Assembly: GCF_009914755.1 (NCBI RefSeq)
Contig: NC_060935.1
Origin: the human T2T-CHM13v2.0 reference genome, Homo sapiens
Strand: one strand, 5' to 3'
DNA: 64,000 nucleotides
Shown: one piece after another, positions 12,945 to 23,659 of the stretch
Layout of the letters: each line of letters starts with the position of its first letter
How positions within the stretch are numbered: the stretch's first letter is position 1
Translations under genes and position numbers: made by a program
Notes under the pieces: generated by a model
Databases searched by the model: none
Told to the model about the DNA's origin: nothing
The model's input: only the letters and a program-made list of their open reading frames with translations

Positions 12945-13200
12945 AGTAATAACAATAATCAATACTTGCGTATTACTTACCATGTTGTGCATATATTACT
13001 GTTTAAGAATAAATAGGTAAGGCACTTAAACACATAACTCATGTAATTCTCAAATCAACCCAATCTGTTAGATTCATGTGTTATCCCTTTTATAGATAAG
13101 GACATTGAGGCACAGAAGAGTTAATTCACTTGTCTAAGGTCACATGGCTATCAAGTGGTAGAGCCAGGATTCAAACCCAGGCCACCTAGCTCCTGTCTAT
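12945..13200 (-). mobile_element. MIR
   Basis: tgaggcacagaagagttaattcacttgtctaaggtcaca...gagccaggattcaaacccagg core. Confidence 0.85.
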
Positions 13201-13213
13201 ACACTTCTCATAG

Positions 13214-13215
<2 letters not shown>

Positions 13216-13251
<36 letters not shown>
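13216..13251. repeat. (GT)18 microsatellite
   Basis: direct read. Confidence 0.95.
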
Positions 13252-13253
<2 letters not shown>

Positions 13254-13499
13254 CCTTATTTATTTTATATTCTTGTTAATGTAACTCTCCTTAGTGAATC
13301 AAGAGTTAGGCTTTAGTTTTATTTATAAAATGTTTTTGCATTTGTCCCATTTATAAGTATTGAAAATAGACATAACATTATAGGGTGTACTAGGTGTTTT
13401 AAAAATTATCTCTTTCAAAAATATCCTTTGACCAATCTTTTTTTCCCCCAAGGAGAGAAGAATTTAAATAGAGATTATGTATCTTTAGTTTTTAACCTG

Positions 13500-14880
13500 T
13501 TTTTTGAACTCTTGACCTACAGTTCTAACTACCTGTTAGATATTTTTACCCATTCTTTCTAGGCAGCTCAAAATTTATCAGCCTTTAACTAAATTCACCA
13601 TTTTTTAAGTCAAAAATCCTCCAGTGGCCAGTTATAGCACATTTAAGGGAAAAAACTAGCAATTTATGCTTTTAAATAGCTGAGATGTCTAAAAGGTTGG
13701 GGCAAGCTTCTGAATTAAAATAATTTTTACCAGGAGATCTCTGCCTCCATTTTATAAGATGGATTCATTCTCAGATGGGTTCTCTTTACCCTTTGTTAAC
13801 CTTGTCCATTGGTGACTCCATGTTTACCATTATTAGAGTTTATGTTTCCAGACTGAAGATGTGTCATTCACTCCCTCTGCACCATAGATAATATGCCAGT
13901 CTCCCAAAAGGATTCGGATTGGTTAGCTTAGATCATCTAATCATATTGATAACCCATCAGAAATACATTTAGTGGGATATGCAGGGTAGGCAAGGTAGCT
14001 CTCTAGTATAGAACTCATTTTTCTTCCTCTCTCACTGCCTATAACCTGCTTCTCTTATTTTCTACCACCAGAGATATCACAGTCTTTTCTCAGTAATGCA
14101 AGCTACAACCCTGAACGTCATTCTTACTATGTCTCTTTACTTTTTTATTCAGTTATTCAACTAATCTTCTCAAATCTATTTCTCAAATATCTCATGAATT
14201 CATCCTGTTTTAATCACTTCCATTGCCAGTGGCTTCATTTATGCCTTCATCATTTTGTATGTGGATAAATATATCATTATACCAGCTGGTTCCTTGTCTC
14301 CAGTACCACTTCCTTTACTGTTGTTGGAGTGATTTTTCTAAAACATTAATCCGATCATAATATTGCCTCAATTAATATATTTTAGTGATTTCCCATTGTC
14401 TGCAGTATAAAAATTTCATTATCCTTAGACATGGCATAAAAAGCTGATCATGATCAGACAGACTCCAGGTTACTCCTGCCATTTTATATGCATCACCTTT
14501 TCCCATATTTATTTTTCTTTAGCTACACCGGAGTACTGTAAGTTTTCCAAATACTCCAAACCTTTTTATTCCCCTCTATATCATGCTGTTGTTTTTGCCT
14601 GAAATGTTTTTCTTTCTTCACTTCTTTGCCTAGCTGATCTCTCTTGTCTTAGTTTGACTTGAACTGTTTTCTAGCCATAACTTCACCTATCATCCTTCAG
14701 TAGCAACTTGTGCACCTCTTGATGATGAAATTTTTATTTTTGCATCTTTATTGCCTGTAAAGTTATTGAGGTTAAGGGAATGTATTTTCTTAATTTCTGT
14801 ACTCCTTGTACTATCTTACTATAGTTGTTATCCAACATATAGTAGATGAAGTAACGAACAAATGAGTAAATAAATGAAAG
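13500..14880 (+). mobile_element. Degenerate L2 fragments (strand uncertain)
   Basis: L2-like motifs and gaacaaatgagtaaataaatgaa-type tail near 14860. Confidence 0.5.
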
Positions 14881-15099
14881 CTCAACATTTTTGGATTGAG
14901 TATAGTTGTAGAATTTAACTATATTTAATCATGGAATACAGAGATAAAATGTACCATAGAAATCTTATCTAAATCTGTCTGGAGACGTAAAATAAGATGA
15001 CAACAAACTTTTAAGTACCCTTTGAAAAACTTAAGCATGTTTTCTTTGCTAAAAACATTTTGAAATGTTACCTTTCTTCTTTTCATTTAACTGCATCAG

Positions 15100-15120
15100 A
15101 TCATTGGTTTGAAATCATGG
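15100..15120 (+). CDS. DYNC2H1: DYNC2H1 alternative 21-nt microexon, IIGLKSW, phase 0-0
   Basis: pyrimidine tract + ctgcatcag acceptor, TGG/gtaaga donor, in frame between ...VILQ and SRVC...; fits the recalled 7-aa difference between the two main DYNC2H1 isoforms. Confidence 0.9.
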
Positions 15121-15614
15121 GTAAGAACTTTTTAAAAATTTAAAATAATTACTTTTGTAGTTAGGCAAAATGCAGAATTGTGAAATGTGTGCTATTGAAT
15201 GCTAGCATAAAATTAGATCAAAAACCTAGGTGCAGCACCATGGTAACACTTCACAGGCTATTTACTAACCACATCATTGTGCTTCGAGTAGTACATTTAC
15301 GTGATGGAGCAGTAAGTGAAATCTCTAGAAATAGATGCTGGGTGATGCTCATACAGTGTAACGTGGCAGGAGGTATGATGGGAGTAGTCTACTGTGGGTG
15401 CAAGTGAAAACAAGGTACCTTGTCTGTGGACCATTTTAAAATAATAATAATAAAGCTGTTTTAAAGTCGTTCTTCTCTTTAATATCACCGTGTGCTAGCA
15501 ATTGTAAACAGCATTGGTGATATAAAACTATTCGTCCACAGGGCAGATAATTCCCACTATCTCCCTCCCTCTTGGTGTGCCACTGAGATAACCTGTATGT
15601 TCTTATTAGATATA

Positions 15615-16041
15615 CAGTGTTCCCCCCTTTTCTCCTGGGCATGTGTTCCAAGACCCTCAGTGGATGCCTGAAAGTTCAGGTAGTACTGAACCCCATATTT
15701 ATATATGGGGTTATACATTTTTATATAACACATACATACTATTTTATATACACATACATACTATGATATACATACATGCATATATATACATACAATGTTT
15801 TTTCTAAACATACATACTATAATAAAGTTCAATGTATAAGTTACACACAGTAAGAGATTAACAACAACAATAATAAAATAGAACAACTATAACAGTATAC
15901 TGTAATAAAAGTTAAGTGAATGTAGTTTTTCTTTCTGCCTGTCAGAATATCTTATTATACTGTACTCACCTATTTTTGGACTGTGGTTGACCATGGGTAA
16001 CTGAAACCATGAAAATAAATTGTTGATAAGGGGGACTGCTG
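15615..16041 (+). mobile_element. MER44-like Tigger MITE
   Basis: TA-flanked cagtgttccccc...ggggactgctg termini; gttccaagaccctcagtggatgcctgaa. Confidence 0.85.
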
Positions 16042-16302
16042 TACCCCATTCTAAGTTTTCATCTTACTCTGACTTTCATATGTGTTCTCTTATTCTTATA
16101 GCACACAATTGCATTACATTTTTCAAATAAATGTGAAAACTTAAGAAAAATTAGATCAGTTTAAATTTTAGTAGGTAGCAATGATTGTTAAATGACTTTT
16201 AAATTTATCATACATATGATATACATTTTATACATTTATAATTGGCTTTCTTCTGTCTACTAAGTGCCATTGTGTGTGGAGGGCATTTTCACTGGTTTCT
16301 AA

Positions 16303-16570
<268 letters not shown>

Positions 16571-16829
16571 TGACTTCCTTTTTTTTAGAATTTAATTAGT
16601 GCAGGATGTTCTATAATGAATTTAGTTTTTAGTTCATTTCATTAGATCTTAACCTACAGCCCATGTAATTTTCTCTTCCAGGATACTCCTTTAGTAATAT
16701 TGGATATATACTGCTTTAGAAGAATTAATGTCTTAAAATGTGAACAATTATATTGATAATTAGCAGTGTTTTAATGATTTGCTCATACTTCTTTTTATGG
16801 CCTTTATAGTTTTTATTCAAACAAAGAAT

Positions 16830-16830
<1 letters not shown>

Positions 16831-16880
<50 letters not shown>
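16831..16880. repeat. (TAGA)12 tetranucleotide STR
   Basis: direct read. Confidence 0.96.
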
Positions 16881-16881
<1 letters not shown>

Positions 16882-17265
16882 ATAGAGAATAATTTGACTG
16901 TGTATTATAAAAGCCAAAAAGAATGCTGCAAATGACATCAGCTTGAGACTAAAGCTCTTGCTTAGCATAATGTTAGTACAGATATTCTGTGTTATTTTGT
17001 GTTAAGTAGGACTGTACTCTCTATACTCTGGCTAAATGTAATTACCTAATATTAACTCCTGGTCACTGAAGATTTGTTAATATGGCTTGTGATGCAGCTA
17101 AAAACTGTATTTTTGTTTCTTTTTCATGGTTGTATATTTGTGTTCTCCAAAGCTTGAGAGAAAAGATCATTTAGTAATTGATTTATAATTTCTAGAAAAC
17201 TATTTCCATTTAAATGAAAGCTTATAATCATTAAAAAACATTACTTTTCCTTTTTTTTATACTAG

Positions 17266-17364
17266 AGTCGAGTGTGCCCATTTCTTATAGATCCTTCTTC
17301 CCAAGCTACAGAGTGGTTAAAAACACATTTGAAAGACTCACGTTTAGAAGTTATCAATCAGCAG
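17266..17364 (+). CDS. DYNC2H1: DYNC2H1 exon, 99 nt: SRVCPFLIDPSSQATEWLKTHLKDSRLEVINQQ
   Basis: actag acceptor, CAG/gtatgt donor; PFLIDP AAA5 motif. Confidence 0.97.
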
Positions 17365-17407
17365 GTATGTATTATTTATAATTTACATACCAATTAGGAA
17401 TGACCTC

Positions 17408-17545
17408 TTATAGTGAAAAGATCTTGGAGTCTATAATCAGAAAACATAGATTCAACACTGGGTCCTACTGTATGGGACCTTGGGCGAGAGATATAACTCT
17501 TAGCTTCAGTTTTCTAATTTGTAAAAAATAGATAAGAATATTTAT
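17408..17545 (+). mobile_element. MIR fragment
   Basis: gaccttgggc...cttcagttttctaatttgtaaaa core. Confidence 0.65.
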
Positions 17546-18092
17546 TTGATTCTGGGTATTGATCTAAGCCCTGGGAATTTAATAGTGAGTTCCTTCCCTT
17601 ATAAAGATGACAGTCTAGTAGGTTAGAGAAACAATTAAAGAAGCTTTGCACTACGTTATGACTAATGACACAAGTATAAGCTGCTGTAGAAGTAGGAGCT
17701 TTTAAGTTAGCTTGGAGAATCGGAAAAGCCTTCTAGCCTTTTAGCATATTTACAGTTTCTCTGAATGCCTCTCATAATTTCCAATTTCTTTAACTCATTG
17801 ACAGACATCTTTAATGTATCCCAAGATTTGATAATTGTTCAGTGAAATATAATCATAGTCTTTTTGGTAGTGACTTCTCAGTTTCATGTTTATCTTGCAG
17901 AGGAAATTATTTTTGGTTAGGTTATTATTTTGTTAAAGGAAGACCTAATATATGATTAATTTTCATAGATAATTTTCAGGTGTTTCAAAAATTACCTCTA
18001 AAAGTTACTTTACTTGTAAAATGGGGATATCTACCTTATTTTTTGTGTGATAAGAATAATTATAAATTAAATAATATATAAAATACTTTAAT

Positions 18093-18480
18093 AATCATTT
18101 ATGGCTTGCATATATGCAAATCATTTATGGTTTGCAATATTATATATAACTATATATGCAAATCATTTATGGTTTGCAATATTATGTATGACTACATATA
18201 AGTATACTATATATCTCTATATAGTTATATACATTATAAGTACTATATATCTATGGTTATAGTTATATACATATATCACTATACTATATATCTTATATAC
18301 ATATAAGTATATAAATATACTATATATATCTATAGTTACAGTTATATACATATAAGTACTATATCTATATATAGTCATAGTTATAGACATATAAGTAACT
18401 ATATAGTTACTTTTATATATATGTACACACACACATATATATATACACACACATACCACACATACACACACACATACACA
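18093..18480. repeat. 42-bp tandem duplication, then a degenerate TA-rich minisatellite and (CA)n
   Basis: tatatgcaaatcatttatggtttgcaatattat at 18111 and 18153; repeated tatagttatatacatataagtac-type units. Confidence 0.85.
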
Positions 18481-18823
18481 CGCCTGGGGTGATGTTTAAA
18501 ACTACTCCTTCCCTATCTAGAAAGCCTTAAAATTCTTGATTATTGAATTTTGCCTAAAGGTTCTTTTCAGAATTATCAGACCTATCCACCAAGAAAATTT
18601 TACTAGAATTCATCATCTTGCCTTTTTTCCCCATTCAATGTGTGATTCTGAACATAAGCAGAGTAGGGTTCTTATTAATACTTGGGTGAGTAATTTATTA
18701 CCTATAGAATCTGAAATTGTGTTTCTATAACATTTTGAAATTACTGTAGAAAATCAAAGAAAGGATGTTTGTAAATATTAAAGTAATTAAATAATTAATA
18801 CGTATTCTTTTTTATTCAATTAG

Positions 18824-18947
18824 GATAGTAACTTTATCACAGCTCTTGAATTAGCAGTACGTTTTGGGAAAACCCTTATTATACAAGAGATGGATGGTGT
18901 AGAACCTGTTCTTTATCCATTATTGAGACGAGATCTGGTTGCTCAAG
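18824..18947 (+). CDS. DYNC2H1: DYNC2H1 exon, 124 nt: DSNFITALELAVRFGKTLIIQEMDGVEPVLYPLLRRDLVAQ(G)
   Basis: ttag acceptor, AAG/gtaaat donor; open frame. Confidence 0.97.
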
Positions 18948-19006
18948 GTAAATAATTGACACTTTCCAGAGTGTAAATATTTTTAAAATTTCCAAAGTAA
19001 GTAATT

Positions 19007-19407
19007 AAACCAGGTGCAAGCTTTCAAGAGTCCTCTTCCAGTGGAGTCACACATGATGGGCTTACTTCCTTCAGCAATATGTGTAAAGTTGTGACAATAT
19101 GTGTAAAATGTTGTTTATCAGGAAAGCTCAGTAGAGACCTAGTACCCATAGTTTACTGGGGGTTGATTACGTAAGCACACTCTCCCTAGCACATTACAAA
19201 ATTCTAGACCCCCTGAAGGAAAGCAGGTGTAGCATAAACCATATTGTTTGTACAAACAGTTTAGGCACAGTGAGCCACTTTTTTGAGTTCTGAGGATGGT
19301 GAGAACTCTCCCAAAAGCTAAGTTCCCAGGTGCTGGTTATGGGCCAACTTTACAAGTAGCCCTTTCTAAAGAGTCTCAGGATTGCTATGTTAATTCTTTT
19401 CTGCATA
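19007..19407 (-). mobile_element. MER21-family LTR (partial)
   Basis: ends ...gctatgttaattcttttctgcata, the reverse of the MER21 TGTGCAGAAAAGAGTTAACA start; gagtcctcttccagtggagtcaca. Confidence 0.75.
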
Positions 19408-19649
19408 GGAACCCAGCCCAGTCTTGGATGATTAGAAGGCTATGCCTTGAAACTTAAAGAGCATATCATGCAAAGTGTATACACATACATATGTAGACGT
19501 GTACATATACGTACGTGAATGTATGCCACATACGTTGCTAGCACAGCAAACTTTAAATAGAAAATTGATGTTATTGGGGCAACGCAGAGAAATAGCAAAG
19601 CATGCACTATTCTCTGATAACCTATTGTCCCTCACATTGATATGTTTGG

Positions 19650-22600
19650 CCTAGTACTGGTTGATATGTTATGAGAACTCAAGTAGTGGGGCCTTTGTAA
19701 CATTATCCTCTTAATATATTTTATGGGCATGAAGGGCAGGGAATATCTAAGCTACTGTATAACAACAGAAGCTTGTAATCAAGAAAGTGACCTTGCTAGA
19801 ATGGAGTTGTCTTCCAGAGCTCAGTTTCTGGTCCTTCTGTTGGGGGTAACTCAGATCTGCTGAGCTAGTTTCTTGCTATGATATCTTAAGGAGGAGGAAA
19901 TGAACCTTTAGGGCCATCTCAATTTGCCATTCTTCATTCTATACTGTGGTCCTGAAGGACTCATTAAATATAAATCTCCATGAGTTCTGGTTAGTGTTAG
20001 GTTTTAATGGTATGTGTGGCATTGTCTGAGTGTAGAGTGTTGACTAGATCCCCTGAAAAGAGTGATAAATTTTATATCATGATTGGTTCACATTTTGAAC
20101 TGTTCTAGGTAGTTATGCAAGCCTGTTTAGGTCAATTTGTTTATGTCAGAATTAGGAAAAGAGAGTTAACCATTGCCCCTATCTTACTTTTTCCATCTTC
20201 TCCGCAGGGTTGGATGTATTCGTGTCACACTAGTCTGTTATCCCCTTTGTGTATATTCCAGATATTGTCCTTTTCAAGAGTGATAAGTTCCTCATGAGTT
20301 GCCATTTTTTCATCATACATTAACTCTGGGGACAGAGGATGGTAGTCCTAGAATCACATAAAACAAAGTTTGTGCCAAGTTTGTTTACATCCCAGTGTCC
20401 TTAATCTAAGATATACAAATTACTTTTCTACTTACTGTGTTTAAAGCAGACATAAATATAGGAATAGAATGTACTTCTCTCCTACAAATTTATGCTCGTC
20501 AAAAATCTTATTTATTGATCGTAGAAAAGCAAGGTATACTTCTTCAAATTCTCTTTTTCTCTCTCTCTCTCCTTTTTTTTTTTTTACTTTGTTTCCTATG
20601 TGCTTAGGAGCTCAGCCAAGACAGAAGGTAGATGTGGCAGTTTGCAGTTGGTAAATAGTTGAAGACAATTGGACCAGCTAACTGTATAGAAGTTGTTGAG
20701 GGAGAGGCTAGTGTAGTTGGCTAATAGTTTTACATTTTACAAACAACAGACATCAAAAGTATCTTCTATTAAGCATTCTAATCCTTTATGGTTGTTTTAT
20801 TTCCATGTTGAGTTTGAGTATGGAACCAGGAATTATACTAGAGATGACAGCTAAACATTTGTGGTTGATTCTTTTAGTCCAGATGCCTCCTTTTAGGCAT
20901 GGTTCCTACAGAGACAGGCATACGTACATGCAACATAAAGGTTAAATTTGTGATTAATTGTTGTCTCTGTTTTCAAGAGGTATATCTCCATATGGATGTG
21001 TCTTTCGTAGTCCAATTGCTTCTGGGTGACCCAATGGCCCGAAGACTGGTAGATCACTGTTCTTCTATTAGGAGCAGTTTTGTCTCCCAGAGAATATTTG
21101 GCAATGTCAGGAGACATTTTTGGTTGTCACAGCTGGAGTGGAGGGCCACTATGCTAGAGACATCTTAAAATGGACAGGACAACTACCTAACAACAAATAA
21201 TTTCTCAGAACAAATTGTTAATACTGCTAAGGTTGAGAAACCTTAAGCTAGTTCACTAGTTCCAACCCATGAGTCTCTGGACAGGTATATTTTAGTTGGT
21301 CTCAGAGTGGCATATTTTCTAGCCAGGAACACTACTTGAAGTGAGCTCATTGTACAGAATATCCAATGCTATAGATTGCCAGAAATTGTACCTGTGGTTA
21401 GTTGATGGGTATAGCATTGCATTGGATTTGCTTATCTGTAAGATTATTTGTAGATATCTGTAATTTGGTGTACCTGAAGGGTATAGGGACCGAAGACAAG
21501 GATTGATTTACAGTTGCCTCAATTACTTCCAAAGGTGCCTCTTGCAAGGGCTATGATTTAAACCTAGCCATGTTTGTTGACAAGATATAGGGGCTATGGT
21601 GAAATTTCCAGGTATGGAACATGCTGCTTTTTATAGGCCAAGAGGGTATTCAGATGTTGGTTATCTTTCTTTCTTTGTATTTAGTGGCTGTAACGCAAGC
21701 AGTTGGTCTATAATGGGCTGTGGGATATCTCCTTGTGAAATGTTTATTTCCTTCTTTGGGTGCCAGAGTTTTAGATTTGCCTTTAATTAAGTCCCATTCA
21801 TCTTGAGTTGTGCCTGAGTGGTATGCAATACAATGTGAAAAGTTTTCCCACTGGAGACCATTATCAAAATTTTATCTACATAATGGAATGGAATTTGGAC
21901 CTATATGGAGGTTCTCATGGTACTTGAATTCATCTAACTCAGTTGATAATATATTTCTGAAGTGTTTGGACCTATAAAGGTGTCCTGCATACAATAGCTG
22001 AACTGATTTTGGTCTTCTTTTGAAAAGAATATAAAAGAGAAATAATTAGTAATAATTAGCAATATCCCAGTCTGCATACTAAGTATCAGTTATGACAGCA
22101 GTTTTTATATTCATTGTTATGTCAGGTACTATGGAATCTATGGTGGCCACTGCCTGGTTTAAATTTGAATGGTCATAGTAAACCTTCAGCAGCATTGGTT
22201 TCCAAAATTCAGACAGATAAAATTGTGGAGCACCCCTGCCTGGTGTAAAAATATAGATTCCTTTGCACTTTCTGTCATAATACATTTCTTTCAGCTGTAA
22301 ATATTGATAGGATTTGGGTATACCTTATAGGTTGATCTTGCCTGAATCTTTATCTGATTGTTACAGAAGTAACCAAAGATATCACAGTGAGTGCATCTAA
22401 ATATATCCATGTATCCAAGCACCCCAAATGTTCATTCCGTTGTACACGTTGACTGAAAAAAACAAACAAAAAAACAAAATATCCAAGCCTTATGTTGGTT
22501 CAGAAAACAATAGCCATGTAAATTGGCACTTTCCCTGGAAAGGACCCAGAGACCAACTCTTGTACCTTGCCCAATCATGCTGTCTTTAGTTATCTAAAGT

Positions 22601-22700
22601 ACAACACAGATTCTGTGTTCAGAGGAAAAAAGTAGTCAAAATTAACTGCATCACAGGTTAATTCCAATGTAAATTAAGAATTCATACAGTTAAGACTGTG
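19650..22700 (-). mobile_element. Decayed ERVL-like (class III) endogenous retrovirus pol region
   Basis: minus-strand relics: RT DHSNLNQAVATIDSIVPDI (~22110-22170), HYVDKILIM (21859-21885, YxDD-like), integrase TANCHI (~20630-20660), SDNATH (20012-20029), in RT-to-IN order. Confidence 0.7.
21055..21245 (-). mobile_element. MER20 inserted in the ERV relic
   Basis: tttggcaatgtcaggagacatttttggttgtcaca...ctaaggttgagaaacc. Confidence 0.8.
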
Positions 22701-23179
22701 TTGGACTCTATAGTTCTACATTTGATATTTTCTATGAATAAGAGATGAGACAACACTGAAGAGTCTTTTTTAGACAATAAAATATTTATTTTAAAATATT
22801 TTCAAAAATGTTTTATCAAAGTAGTACATGCATGGGTTGTAAAGTCAAATGATACAGAAGTGCAGCAGCATTCTGTTCCTCCCCTCCCATGACTAGTTCT
22901 ACTCACCAAAGAAAAACTTTTTTTATTTTAACTTTTTATTTAAAAATAAATATGCGTAAAGAAAAGAATACCTAAATTTATAGCTAATGAATTTTTACAA
23001 ATTGAATACACCTGTATAAACACCCAGATCAAGACATAAGAGCTTTATTAGCACTCCAGAAGCCCACTTACTTACTACACCTCTTCTCCACAAGGATAAC
23101 CACATTCCTAACTTACAACAGCATAGAGAAGTTTTGCTTCTTTTTGTACTTTGAGTAAATGAGAAAGAAAAAAAGCAGC

Positions 23180-23650
23180 ACCTGACTACTCTAGACTGAG
23201 ATCTGGCCAGATTCTAATAGCTTGGACTTTGTGTACTCCTGTTGAACATAAATCATTTCATAAAACACCAACATCAGAGAGGTCACTCTGACTGCAGTCA
23301 TGTTTGAGCACAAAAAACAGGAACACTTTCCATAACACAAAAATAACCAAACATTCTCTTCTCCCAGTTAATATGAGTGACTCCTGCTTCTTTACCAATG
23401 ATAGTTTAGTCCCACTCCATTTCTCTTACATATACATAAAAATTAAGATACTAAACCATTGTTTGCTCTTTCTGATCACACCCAATTCCCAGGAAAAGTA
23501 CATTTTTCTTGAATTATTTATAAATCGCCTAACACAAGCCAAAATCCTCTAACAAGCCTCTATTAAGTCCTTTGTACTGACATAATGCACAATTTCCCAT
23601 GATGTTCTATCTTTCATTGTAAAGAGCTGGTAAACGTGAGCTATGGCTCT
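23180..23650 (+). mobile_element. ERV LTR-like fragment (family unresolved)
   Basis: atgagtgactcctgcttctttaccaat...cctaacacaagccaaaatcct LTR-type motifs. Confidence 0.5.
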
Positions 23651-23659
23651 TTAAACACT

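Noticed and set aside
15180-15651. Three overlapping short ORFs downstream of the microexon
   Set aside because: No recognisable protein similarity or promoter; lengths are compatible with chance.
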